Part shown: in pieces, positions 29,826 to 39,503 of the stretch
Layout of the letters: the number at the start of each line of letters is the position of its first letter
Position numbering within the stretch: position 1 is the stretch's first letter
NCBI GenBank assembly: GCA_965205265.1
Contig: CBDBGH010000003.1
Span: 3,296,001 to 3,360,000 of the forward strand
From: Alphaproteobacteria bacterium
GTDB lineage: Bacteria; Pseudomonadota; Alphaproteobacteria; Bin95
Length of the DNA stretch: 64,000 bases
Direction of reading: 5' to 3'
The notes under the pieces: model-generated
The model's database searches: none
The model's input: only the letters and a program-made list of their open reading frames with translations
What the model was told of the DNA's origin: nothing
Program-made: the position numbers and the translations under genes

Positions 29826-32159
29826 TTAGCCGGCTTCCCGCCGCAACCGCTCCTTGATCTCTTCGGTCGTCTCCCTGGTCCCGTCGAGCACCATCAGCAG
29901 GGGCGGGAGGAACAGGAAGTCCGCCAGCAGGGCGATGATGACCGTCATGCCGGCCAGCAGGCCGAGCGCCTGGTTGGTCACCATGCCCGATGCGCCGAAC
30001 ACCATGAAGCCGAGGCCGAACACGACCGTCGTCGCCAGCAGCGCCTTGCCTACCGAACGGAAGGCGGACTGCACCGACTGAGACGGCAGCAGCCCGTTCT
30101 TCCTGGCGGCCACATATTGGGTCATGAAGTGGATCGTATCGTCCACGATGATGCCGAACGCGATCGCGGTGACCACCGACGCCGCGATGCCGACCTCGCC
30201 CACCAGATAGCCCCAGAGGCCCATCGCCATGGCCGCGGGGACGAAGTTCGGAATCAGGCTGATGACGCCGAGGCGCACGCTCCTGAAGACGAGAAGGAGC
30301 AGCAGGGAGACGATGGCCATGGCGATGAAGGTGCCGAGCAGCATGCCCTCGATGTTTCTTTGGATCGACTGGGCGCCAACGACCGCAACGCCGGTGGCGC
30401 CGGTATCCATGCCGGGGGCGTTCTGCCCGAGCCATGCCTGTGCGCGACGGTCGAGCGCGACCTTGTCGTTGCTGGAAAGGCTGCGCAGCACGACGGTCAT
30501 GCGCGTGGACGACCGCTCGACATCGATGAGATTGTTGAGGTCGCGGCCGACCGGCAGGGAGAACTCGTAGAGCAGCAGATATTGCGCAGCCAGATCGGAG
30601 TCGTCGGGAAGAATGTCGAACGCCGGATCGTCGCCATGCAGGTTCCTGTTCAACCGCTTCATGATGTCGGTGATGGCGAAGACATGGGAGACTTCCGGCT
30701 GCGCCCGGTGCCACTCGACGAACGCATCCACCCGTTTCAGGTAGTCGATATCGGTTATGCCGCCCTCCCGCCCGGCGCTCAGCGAGTATTCGTAAGTCTC
30801 CACGCCGGAGAAGTTCTCGCTGATGAAATCCGTGGACCGGCGGAACTCGTAGCTCTCGTCGAGAAGCTCCAGCCAGTTCTCCTTGAGTTCGATCCGCGAA
30901 ATGCCGGCGATGAGCACGACGACCAGGACGCCGAAAGAACCGAGCAGGACCGTCCGGCGCAAAACGACAAACCGGCCGAACCGGTCGAAGAGGTCCGATT
31001 CGCCCGTGCCGGAGGGCCGGATGCGCAGGGGCATGACCGACAGGATGACGGGCAGGAGCGTCACCGCATAGACGAACGCGCACAGGCTGCCGAACGCCAC
31101 CATATTGCCCATGACCCGGAAGGGCGGCATGTCCGCGAAATTGAGGCTGAGGAACCCGATCGCCGTCGTGAGCGAGGTCAGGAAAACCGGCCAGATATTG
31201 ACCCGCAGGGATTGAAGCGCCGCCTGGCTGCGGTCCAGGCCCCGGCGCAGGCCCGCCGCCATTCCCTCGAACATATGCACGGAATGCGCAACGGTGACCG
31301 CCATCAGCACGAACAGTGCCGCGCCGCTCTCGCCGAAGAACCTCATGCCGGTCCAGCCGACAAAGCCCATCGCGGAAGCGAGAACGGCAACGAGCATGAT
31401 GACGATGGCAAGCGTGCCCCAGAGCGAGCGCAGCAGAATGACGGCGACAACCAGCATCGTTCCGAGCGCTGCCGGCGCGAGAATGCTCATATCCTCGTCG
31501 ATCGCCTCGCGCATGGCGCGGTTGAGGATGAGTTCGCCGGTCAGGTGGTAGTCGATGGCCGCATGTTTCTCGCGGGATTGCGCGGCCGTGGCGTGAAGGA
31601 AATCGGTCACTTCCGCTTTGGCCGATTGCCGGTCCTCGTCGGGAAGCGCAACGCTGACCGCCAGGCCGGCGACACGGCCGTTCCGGGAAACGAAGCGTCC
31701 GGCAATTTCCTCGGTGCCGAGCGCGATCTTCTCGATGCGCGCGAGGTTCTCGTCGCTCAGCGAAGCGGCGTCTCCGACCAGCGGCTCGACGATCAGCTCG
31801 TCTTCGAGACCCCGGCTGTGCTGGTGGTTGGTTATCGAATCGACGCGGGTGACATAGGGCGTCTGCCAGAGCCGATCGGTCAACTCTTCGATGGCAACGA
31901 GCGCCTCGCGCGTGAAAATCGTGCCCTTCCGCGGCGCAGCCACCACAAGCGCGGCGTCGGAAAGGGCGTAGGTTTCCTCCAAACGGTCCAGTGCGACGAT
32001 ATGCGGGTCGTCATGGCCGAAATGGTTCCGGACATCGACATCGACTTCCACGACGCGCGCCGCACCCGCAGCCAGGGCCAGCATGACCAGCAGGCTGACC
32101 AGAACGGTCAGCCATCGCCGGCCCATGATGAGCGCTATGCAGGCGTCCATACTCAACAT
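29826..32159 (-). CDS. MMPL/RND family lipid transporter
   Basis: Two-fold 1+5 TM repeat; LTSLTTAIGFLSL, GIIVDDTIHF, ADFLFLPPLL. Confidence 0.92.
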   Translation of the reverse strand: MLSMDACIALIMGRRWLTVLVSLLVMLALAAGAARVVEVDVDVRNHFGHDDPHIVALDRLEETYALSDAALVVAAPRKGTIFTREALVAIEELTDRLWQTPYVTRVDSITNHQHSRGLEDELIVEPLVGDAASLSDENLARIEKIALGTEEIAGRFVSRNGRVAGLAVSVALPDEDRQSAKAEVTDFLHATAAQSREKHAAIDYHLTGELILNRAMREAIDEDMSILAPAALGTMLVVAVILLRSLWGTLAIVIMLVAVLASAMGFVGWTGMRFFGESGAALFVLMAVTVAHSVHMFEGMAAGLRRGLDRSQAALQSLRVNIWPVFLTSLTTAIGFLSLNFADMPPFRVMGNMVAFGSLCAFVYAVTLLPVILSVMPLRIRPSGTGESDLFDRFGRFVVLRRTVLLGSFGVLVVVLIAGISRIELKENWLELLDESYEFRRSTDFISENFSGVETYEYSLSAGREGGITDIDYLKRVDAFVEWHRAQPEVSHVFAITDIMKRLNRNLHGDDPAFDILPDDSDLAAQYLLLYEFSLPVGRDLNNLIDVERSSTRMTVVLRSLSSNDKVALDRRAQAWLGQNAPGMDTGATGVAVVGAQSIQRNIEGMLLGTFIAMAIVSLLLLLVFRSVRLGVISLIPNFVPAAMAMGLWGYLVGEVGIAASVVTAIAFGIIVDDTIHFMTQYVAARKNGLLPSQSVQSAFRSVGKALLATTVVFGLGFMVFGASGMVTNQALGLLAGMTVIIALLADFLFLPPLLMVLDGTRETTEEIKERLRREAG

Positions 32160-32383
32160 GCTAGGCTGCCGAAACGCGTGATGGAGGAGAGGAGGCCGCC
32201 CGCCGCGCCGGCGACAGCGTGGCGAGAGCGGAGAGGAAGTCCGGTGCCGACCGCATTTCCGGAACAGTGTCCCAGCCTCCGTCTCCGTTGTCCATCCGCC
32301 TCTCGGACCCGACGATGATCCGGGTTCAAACCGGCAGGACTATGCTCTAACTTCAGGCGACTGTGCTTGGGGAAGCTCCGCAC

Positions 32384-33904
32384 ATGCCGGGCGGAAATGT
32401 CCTTCTGGAGGCGCGCGGCATCGTCAAGAGCTTTGGCGGCCTGGCCGCGAACGACCGTATCGACCTCACCGTGCATTCCGGCGAGATTCATGCGCTGCTC
32501 GGCGAGAACGGCGCCGGGAAGTCGACCCTTGTAAAAATTCTTTACGGCTCGCTCCAGCCGGATGCGGGCTCTGTGAGCTGGGAAGGCCGGCCGGCGGCCG
32601 TCGGCAACCCGGCCGAAGCGCGTGCGCTCGGCATTGGAATGGTCTTCCAGCATTTCTCGCTGTTCGAGGGGCTGACCGTCGCCGAGAACATTGCGCTGGC
32701 GCTGCCGCCGGATGCTGCGGGACGCGGGCTTGCCGCAGATGTACGAACGGTCTCCGAGTCCTACGGCCTGCCGCTCGACCCGGCGGCGCGGGTGGCCAGC
32801 CTGCCGGTGGGCGTGCGCCAGCGCATCGAGATCGTCCGCTGCCTGCTGCAGCGCCCGCGGCTGCTCATCATGGACGAGCCGACCTCCGTGCTGACGCCGC
32901 AGGAAGCCGAACGGCTGTTCGAGACCCTGCGCCGGCTCGCGGAAGAGGGTTGCGCAGTGCTCTATATCAGCCACCGGCTCGAAGAGGTCCGCCAGCTCTG
33001 CCACACCGCAACCGTGCTCCGCCACGGTCAGGTCGTCGGCCGTCCCGACCCGAAGACGGCGACCACCGCCGAGCTCGCCCGGCTGATGGTCGGCGCCGAT
33101 GTCGAAGGCGTCGGCGACGGCCCGGGCAAGCCTGTCGCGCACGGTCCTGTGCGCCTCACCGTTCGCAACCTCTCGCACAAAGCCCGCACGCCCTTCGGAA
33201 TCTCGCTCGAAGACATCTCGCTTGAAGTCCACGGCGGCGAGATCGTCGGGGTCGCCGGCGTGGCCGGCAACGGCCAGGACGAGCTGTTTGCGGCGCTTTC
33301 GGGCGAAGCGCCCGCCTCCGACGAGGCCGCCGTCGAGATAGACGGGAAGCCCTGCGGACGGGCAGGACCGCGGATGCGGCGGCGCCTGGGTGCGGCCTTC
33401 ATCCCTGAGGAGCGGCTCGGCCATGCCGCCGTGCCGGGAATGCGCCTTTCCGAGAATGCCGTCCTCACCCGGCACGGCACAGATCCGGATGTGGCGGTCG
33501 GCGGGCTCCTGCGTCTGGGGCGCGCACGGCGTCTTGCCGAGCGCATTGTCGGCCGCTTCGACGTTCGCGCGCCGCCCGGGGACCCGGAAGCGAAGGCGCT
33601 CTCCGGCGGAAACCTGCAGAAGTTCGTCGTCGGGCGCGAGCTCGACCGCATGCCGGGGGTGCTCGCCGTCAGCCAGCCGACCTGGGGCGTCGATGTCGGC
33701 GCGGCGACCGAGATCCGCCGCGAGCTCGCCGTGCTGGCGCGCAGCGGCGCAGCCGTTCTCGCCATCAGCCAGGACCTCGACGAGATTTTCGAGATTTCCG
33801 ACCGCATCGCCGTGATCTCGCGGGGCCGGCTGTCGCCGGCGGTCCCGACGGGCGAGACGAGCCGGGAGGCGACCGGCCTCCTCATGGGCGGCGCAGGGGA
33901 CTGA
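32384..33904 (+). CDS. Nucleoside/purine ABC transporter ATP-binding protein
   Basis: GENGAGKST, MDEPT, LSGGNLQK tandem ATPase domains. Confidence 0.93.
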   Translation: MPGGNVLLEARGIVKSFGGLAANDRIDLTVHSGEIHALLGENGAGKSTLVKILYGSLQPDAGSVSWEGRPAAVGNPAEARALGIGMVFQHFSLFEGLTVAENIALALPPDAAGRGLAADVRTVSESYGLPLDPAARVASLPVGVRQRIEIVRCLLQRPRLLIMDEPTSVLTPQEAERLFETLRRLAEEGCAVLYISHRLEEVRQLCHTATVLRHGQVVGRPDPKTATTAELARLMVGADVEGVGDGPGKPVAHGPVRLTVRNLSHKARTPFGISLEDISLEVHGGEIVGVAGVAGNGQDELFAALSGEAPASDEAAVEIDGKPCGRAGPRMRRRLGAAFIPEERLGHAAVPGMRLSENAVLTRHGTDPDVAVGGLLRLGRARRLAERIVGRFDVRAPPGDPEAKALSGGNLQKFVVGRELDRMPGVLAVSQPTWGVDVGAATEIRRELAVLARSGAAVLAISQDLDEIFEISDRIAVISRGRLSPAVPTGETSREATGLLMGGAGD

Positions 33905-33909
33905 AGAGC

Positions 33910-34998
33910 ATGCGAGTCGAACTGCGGCAGCGGAGCGAAGATTCGCGCGTCATGGTCTGGCTTTCGCCGCTGCTGACCCTTGCGCTGACGCTCGCGTTCG
34001 GCAGCATCCTGTTCGCCGCCCTCGGTTACGACCCCCTCCAGGCGCTCCACGTCTATTTCATCAAGCCGCTCACCGAGGCCTGGTCGCTGGAGGAAATCGT
34101 CGTCAAGGCGACGCCGCTCGCGCTCATCGGCGTCGGGCTTGCCGCGGCGTTCCGCACCAATGTCTGGAATATCGGCGCGGAAGGGCAATACACGGTGGGC
34201 GCCATCTGCGGGTCGATCCTGCCGGTCATGATGCCCGGACTTCAGGGCCCGCTGGTCCTTCCGGCCGTGCTGGTGTGCGGCGTGCTGGGCGGCATGGCCT
34301 GGGCGGCCATACCCGCCTTCTTCCGCGTCCGCTTCGGCGCCAGCGAAATCCTGACCTCGTTGATGCTGGTCTATGTCGCGCAGCTTCTTCTGGACTGGCT
34401 GGTGCGCGGCCCCTGGCGCGATCCGGAAGGGTACAATTTCCCCGAATCGCGGCTCTTCGAGGCCGACGCGGTGATACCGGCGCTGGCCGGACGGATGCAT
34501 TTCGGCACGATACTCGCCCTCGTCGCCGTCGCAGCGCTGGCCGTCGTCCTCGGGCGCACCCTCAAGGGCTTCGAGTTCCGGGTGGTCGGCGCGGCGCCGC
34601 GCGCGGGAGCGTTCGCCGGCTTCTCCGAGCGCCGGTCGATCATGGCCGTGCTGGCCATCTCCGGCGGCCTCGCCGGTCTTGCCGGCATCGCGGAGGTATC
34701 GGGCACGATCGGGCAGCTTCACCCGTCGATCTCGCCGGGCTACGGCTTTACGGCCATCATCGCCGCATTCCTCGGGCGGCTGAATCCCATAGGCGTGCTG
34801 TTCGCCTCGCTGCTGCTGGCGCTGACCTATATCGGCGGCGAGTCGGCCCAGGTCTCGCTCGGCGTCTCCGACAAGATCGCCCGCGTCTTCCAGGGCGCCA
34901 TCCTGATCTTCGTTCTGGCCTGCGACGTCTTCATCCGCTATCGCCTGCACTTCCTGCCGTTGCGTCGGCCGGCCGCGGGCACGGAGGATGCGCCGTGA
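33910..34998 (+). CDS. Nucleoside/purine ABC transporter permease
   Basis: WNIGAEGQ, EILTSLML, GYGFTAII..FLGRLNP. Confidence 0.92.
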   Translation: MRVELRQRSEDSRVMVWLSPLLTLALTLAFGSILFAALGYDPLQALHVYFIKPLTEAWSLEEIVVKATPLALIGVGLAAAFRTNVWNIGAEGQYTVGAICGSILPVMMPGLQGPLVLPAVLVCGVLGGMAWAAIPAFFRVRFGASEILTSLMLVYVAQLLLDWLVRGPWRDPEGYNFPESRLFEADAVIPALAGRMHFGTILALVAVAALAVVLGRTLKGFEFRVVGAAPRAGAFAGFSERRSIMAVLAISGGLAGLAGIAEVSGTIGQLHPSISPGYGFTAIIAAFLGRLNPIGVLFASLLLALTYIGGESAQVSLGVSDKIARVFQGAILIFVLACDVFIRYRLHFLPLRRPAAGTEDAP

Positions 34999-35915
34999 CC
35001 GGTTTCGAGGCGGTCATCCTCACCATCGTCACGGCGGCAACGCCGCTGCTGATCGCGGCGCTCGGCGAACTCGTGACGGAGCGCTCGGGCGTCCTCAATC
35101 TTGGCGTCGAAGGCATGATGATCGTCGGCGCCGTGACCGGCTTCGCCGGTGCACAACTGACCGGCTCCCCCTATCTGGGCGTCATCGCCGCCATGGCGGG
35201 CGGCATGGCGCTTTCCAGCCTGTTCGCCTTCCTGGTGCTGCGGCTTGCAGCCAATCAGGTGGCGTCCGGACTGGCGCTCACGCTGCTGGGTCTCGGGTTT
35301 TCCGGCATGATCGGGGAGGCCTTCATCGGCCAGCCCGGCCTCAGGCTCGAACGCATCGACATACCGTTCCTGACGGACCTGCCCGTCGTCGGCACCCTGG
35401 TGTTCGGGCAGGACCCTCTGGTCTATGCGTCGGTGGCGCTTGCAGTCTGCGTCTCCCGGTTCCTGTTCCGCACGCGCGCCGGGCTGGCGCTGCGCGCTGT
35501 CGGCAACAATCACGGCTCCGCTCACATGCTCGGCGTCCATGTCATCCGCACCCGCTTCCTGGCCGTGCTGTTCGGCGGCGCCTGCTCCGGGCTGGCCGGC
35601 GGCTATCTCTCGCTCGCCTACACGCCCCAATGGGTCGAGGGCATGACGGCGGGACGGGGATGGATCGCGCTGGCGCTGGTCGTGTTCGCCAGCTGGATGC
35701 CGTTGCGCGCGGCGGTCGGCGCCTATCTTTTCGGCGGCGCGCTCATACTGCAATTCCATGCACAGGCGGAAGGAATCCCGCTGCCGTCGCAGTTCCTTTC
35801 GGCACTGCCTTACCTTGCGACGGTCGCGGCGCTGGTGATACTCTCGCGCGACCAATGGAGGGCGAGAAACGACTCGCCGGCATGTCTCGGACAGGTCTTC
35901 GTCCCCGACCGGTAG
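34995..35915 (+). CDS. Nucleoside/purine ABC transporter permease
   Basis: GTG start; ERSGVLNLGVEGMM, GMTAGRGWIALALVVF, PYLAT. Confidence 0.92.
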   Translation: MTGFEAVILTIVTAATPLLIAALGELVTERSGVLNLGVEGMMIVGAVTGFAGAQLTGSPYLGVIAAMAGGMALSSLFAFLVLRLAANQVASGLALTLLGLGFSGMIGEAFIGQPGLRLERIDIPFLTDLPVVGTLVFGQDPLVYASVALAVCVSRFLFRTRAGLALRAVGNNHGSAHMLGVHVIRTRFLAVLFGGACSGLAGGYLSLAYTPQWVEGMTAGRGWIALALVVFASWMPLRAAVGAYLFGGALILQFHAQAEGIPLPSQFLSALPYLATVAALVILSRDQWRARNDSPACLGQVFVPDR

Positions 35916-35990
35916 GGGCCACCTTTCCCCGGTGTTCCCGACTGGCCGGAGACAGCAATACGGCCCGCGGGCCCAGTTGGAGAACAGGGA

Positions 35991-37055
35991 ATGTTGAGAG
36001 CTACCATCCTCGCCGCGTTCGCCGTGGCGCTGGCGCTTCCGGCGGCCCAGGCGGCCGATCCCGTCAAGGCGGCGTTCGTTTACGTGGGCCCGATCGGCGA
36101 CCATGGCTGGACCTACCAGCACGACCAGGGCCGCCTCGCCGTCGAGAAGGAGTTCGGCGACAGGGTCGAGACCCTCTATGTCGAGAACGTGGCGGAAGGC
36201 CCCGATGCCGAGCGCGCCATAGAGCGGTTCGCACGCGAGGGCGCGAACATCGTCTTCACCACCTCCTTCGGCTTCATGAACCCGACGATCAAGGTCGCCA
36301 AGCGTTTTCCGGACGTGAAGTTCGAGCATGCCACCGGCTACAAGCGCGCCGACAATGTGGCGACCTATTCCGCGCGCTTCTATGAGGGCCGCTACATTAT
36401 CGGCCAGATCGCCGCGAAGATGTCGAAATCCGGAATTGCCGGCTATGTGGCTTCCTTCCCGATCCCGGAAGTGGTGCGCGGCATCAACTCCTTCCTGCTG
36501 GGCGCCCAGTCCGTCAATCCGGACTTCAAGCTCAAGATCATCTGGGTGAACACGTGGTTCGACCCCGGCAAGGAAGCCGATGCGGCCAAGGCGCTGATCG
36601 ACCAGGGCGCCGATATCGTCACCCAGCACACCGACAGCCCGGCGCCGATCCAGATCGCCGGCGAGCGCGGCGTCCACGGCTTCGGCCAGGCCTCCGACAT
36701 GGATGCGTTCGCGCCCGCCGCCCACTACACCGCGATCATCGACGACTGGAGCGCCTACTATATCGCCCGCGTGAAGGCGGTGCTCGACGGCACATGGGAG
36801 TCGGGCGACGTGTGGGGCGGCTTCGACGCCGACATGGTGGTCATGGCCCCCTATACCGACCTGCCGGAGGATGTCGCGGCCGACGCCGCCGCAATGGAGG
36901 CGAAGATCCGCTCGGGCGAATTCCATCCATTCACCGGCCCGATCCACGATCAGGACGGCAAGCTCCGCGTCGCCGAGGGCGAGCGAGCCGATGACGGCAT
37001 GCTGCTCGGCATGAACTGGTATGTGAAGGGCGTTGACGACAAGCTGCCCCAGTAG
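35991..37055 (+). CDS. BMP-family purine-binding protein
   Basis: YVGPIGDHGWTYQHDQGR, TTSFGFM, FEHATGYK, WFDPGKEADAA. Confidence 0.94.
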   Translation: MLRATILAAFAVALALPAAQAADPVKAAFVYVGPIGDHGWTYQHDQGRLAVEKEFGDRVETLYVENVAEGPDAERAIERFAREGANIVFTTSFGFMNPTIKVAKRFPDVKFEHATGYKRADNVATYSARFYEGRYIIGQIAAKMSKSGIAGYVASFPIPEVVRGINSFLLGAQSVNPDFKLKIIWVNTWFDPGKEADAAKALIDQGADIVTQHTDSPAPIQIAGERGVHGFGQASDMDAFAPAAHYTAIIDDWSAYYIARVKAVLDGTWESGDVWGGFDADMVVMAPYTDLPEDVAADAAAMEAKIRSGEFHPFTGPIHDQDGKLRVAEGERADDGMLLGMNWYVKGVDDKLPQ

Positions 37056-38400
37056 CGGCCCGCCCGCCCGGAATGGCGTCGACGCCGTCGTTCTGGGCCG
37101 CCTGATCGACTTTTCCGGCGACCCGGCCGCGCTCGGCCGGGCCGCCGTCCGCGATAGTCCGGGCGGCGCGCTCGCGCTCCGCGGGGAGCGCATCGCCTGG
37201 GCAGGCGCAGCCAACGACCTGCCGGTGGAATTCGAGGCGGCGCCGCGGCGGGACTACGGGTCGTGCTTGATCCTGCCGGGCTTCGTCGATCCGCATGTCC
37301 ACTTCCCGCAATACCGCATTGTCGCCGCAGGAGGCCGCGGCCTTCTGGACTGGCTCGACCGCTTCGCCTTCCCCGAAGAAGCGCGCTATGCGGACGGGGA
37401 CCATGCCGCGGCCGCGGCCGAGACGTTCCTCGACCTCCTTCTGGCCCACGGCACGACGGCCGCGCTCGTCTTCTCCACCGTCCACGAGGAGGCCGCCGAC
37501 CGGCTCTTCGCGGCTGCCTGGCGCCGCGGCATGGCGCTCGCCGCCGGCAAGACCCTCATGGACCGGGGCGCGCCCGCGGCGCTCCGCGACGATGCCGAGA
37601 GCGGGCTCCGCGCGAGCGAGCGGCTCCATGCCCGCTGGCACAGACGGGGAAGGCTGCGCTACGCCGTCTCGCCCCGCTTCGCCATCACATCGGGGGCGGC
37701 GCAGCTCGCGGCGGTCGGTGAGTTCCTGGAGAGCCATCCCGACGCGTTGATGCAGACGCATCTTTCCGAGACGCCGGAGGAAATCGCCGAGGTCGCCCGC
37801 CTGTTCCCGGACGCCGCCGACTACACCGATGTTTACGACCGCTTCGGCCTGCTCGGGCCGACGAGCCTGTTCGCGCACGGGGTCCACCTTTCAGCGCGCG
37901 AGCGCGAGCGGCTCGGCGAGGCCGGCTCGGCAGTGGTCCACTGCCCCACCTCGAACGCCTTTCTGGGCTCGGGCCTGTTCGATATCGGGCCCTATTCGCC
38001 GGCAGCCGGGGCCGCCGCGCCGCGCCTGGCGGTCGCCACAGACATCGGCGGCGGCACAAGCTATTCGCTTCCCGCGACCCTGGGCGCGGCCTACCGGACG
38101 GCGCAGCTCCGGGGCAGGCGGCTTGCGCCGGAACGCGCCTTCTACCTTGCAACGCTGGGCAATGCCGAAGCGCTCGGCATGGAGCGCGAAATCGGGCGGC
38201 TGGAGCCGGGCTTCTTCGCCGATCTTGTCGTGCTCGACCCGTGCGCGACGCCGCTTCTGGCTGCGCGCGAGGCGCTCAGCGAAACGCTCGCCGACACGCT
38301 GCTCGCGCTGATGATCCTGGGCGACGACCGCATTGTGCGCGCAAGCTGGGTCGCAGGGCGGCGACTGCACCCGAAGCCGGACGACGGTCCGGCAGGCTGA
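37033..38400 (+). CDS. guaD: Guanine deaminase
   Basis: PGFVDPHVHFPQ, LLDWL...FPEE, SPRFAITS, QTHLSE, HCPTSN.FLGSG, ATDIGGGTS; start uncertain (TTG inside the upstream gene). Confidence 0.9.
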   Translation: MTTSCPSSGPPARNGVDAVVLGRLIDFSGDPAALGRAAVRDSPGGALALRGERIAWAGAANDLPVEFEAAPRRDYGSCLILPGFVDPHVHFPQYRIVAAGGRGLLDWLDRFAFPEEARYADGDHAAAAAETFLDLLLAHGTTAALVFSTVHEEAADRLFAAAWRRGMALAAGKTLMDRGAPAALRDDAESGLRASERLHARWHRRGRLRYAVSPRFAITSGAAQLAAVGEFLESHPDALMQTHLSETPEEIAEVARLFPDAADYTDVYDRFGLLGPTSLFAHGVHLSARERERLGEAGSAVVHCPTSNAFLGSGLFDIGPYSPAAGAAAPRLAVATDIGGGTSYSLPATLGAAYRTAQLRGRRLAPERAFYLATLGNAEALGMEREIGRLEPGFFADLVVLDPCATPLLAAREALSETLADTLLALMILGDDRIVRASWVAGRRLHPKPDDGPAG

Positions 38401-38409
38401 CCACGCGCG

Positions 38410-39072
38410 TCAGCAATCCGCCGCGTCGTCGCCGTCCTGCCGCATCGCATGGCCCAGTGCCGGGGCGTCGATCCTGCGGCGAAGCTGGTCGCGCGCATCG
38501 CGCCAGCGGAAGCGGATCGAGTTCATGACGATTTCCCGGTCGAGTTCCTTGTATTCGTCGATGACCGGCGCAAAGCGGACCAGATCCGCCTCGCTGCCGG
38601 AGAAGGCCTGCCGGCCTTCCGCCGCTGCCGGCCAGTCGGTGGCCCCGACCCGGAGATCGAACCGCTCCAGCGCTTCCGCGGGCACCGGGCCTGCGCCGGC
38701 ATCCGCCAGACTCCGCTCGGCCGCCTGGCGGAAACAGCGCTGAGCCAGCACCGCTGCGCCGCCAGGCGGCAGGGCCCTCTCCCTTTCGCAGAGCGCCGCC
38801 GCAAACACCGTCAGATCCGCGAGACAGGAGAGAAACAGCTTCACGGACGCCATCCGAATCGAGGCCGAGAAGGTGTCGTCCTCGAAATAAATCCGGAAGC
38901 TCGTGCCCATTCGCGTCTTCAGATAACCGTAGAGCGAGGTCTGCGCGACATAAGAGGAGCGGGTGCGCAGAAAGGCGGCGAGCCTCTCCGGCGTATCCAG
39001 CTTGTGGCGCTCGAAACGCGGCCCGAGTCTTTCCACAATTGTCGCGAGACCGCGGATGCTCTTGCGCAACAT
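38410..39072 (-). CDS. Conserved hypothetical protein, divergent from the symporter operon
   Basis: Clean ORF with YVAQTSLYGYLKTRMGT and DREIVMNSIRFRW; function not recognised. Confidence 0.75.
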   Translation of the reverse strand: MLRKSIRGLATIVERLGPRFERHKLDTPERLAAFLRTRSSYVAQTSLYGYLKTRMGTSFRIYFEDDTFSASIRMASVKLFLSCLADLTVFAAALCERERALPPGGAAVLAQRCFRQAAERSLADAGAGPVPAEALERFDLRVGATDWPAAAEGRQAFSGSEADLVRFAPVIDEYKELDREIVMNSIRFRWRDARDQLRRRIDAPALGHAMRQDGDDAADC

Positions 39073-39227
39073 AACCGCTTTTTCCGGTTCACATGCAAAC
39101 GAATCTCGACTATAGGCGATTCTGGCTCCGTGCGGCGTCCCCGGTTCCAGGACAAAATCCGAAGCGTCGAACGGAAAGGCCGGGGAGACACACGCACTAA
39201 TCGAGAAAAGGAAGGGGAGAGAGACGC

Positions 39228-39491
39228 ATGGCGGAAGTTAGCGCCGAAACTCGGCAAGCGCACTGGAGGAAAACCTCCACCCTAACCTATGTGATCCTGG
39301 CGCTATGGTTCCTGTTCGGATATGTGGTGCCATGGTTCGCCAAGGAACTCGATGCGGCGTCCTTCCTCGGGTTCCCGCTCGGCTACTACTTCATCGTGCA
39401 GGGCTCGCTGATCATCTTCGTGCTGTTGATCGTTGTCCAGAACATCTTCCAGGACAATATCGACGAAGAGCACGGGGTGGCCGAAGAGTAA
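39228..39491 (+). CDS. DUF4212 small membrane subunit of a solute:sodium symporter
   Basis: HWRKT..LT, GFPLGYYF..QGSLIIF. Confidence 0.9.
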   Translation: MAEVSAETRQAHWRKTSTLTYVILALWFLFGYVVPWFAKELDAASFLGFPLGYYFIVQGSLIIFVLLIVVQNIFQDNIDEEHGVAEE

Positions 39492-39503
39492 GGGGAGCGG
39501 CTG

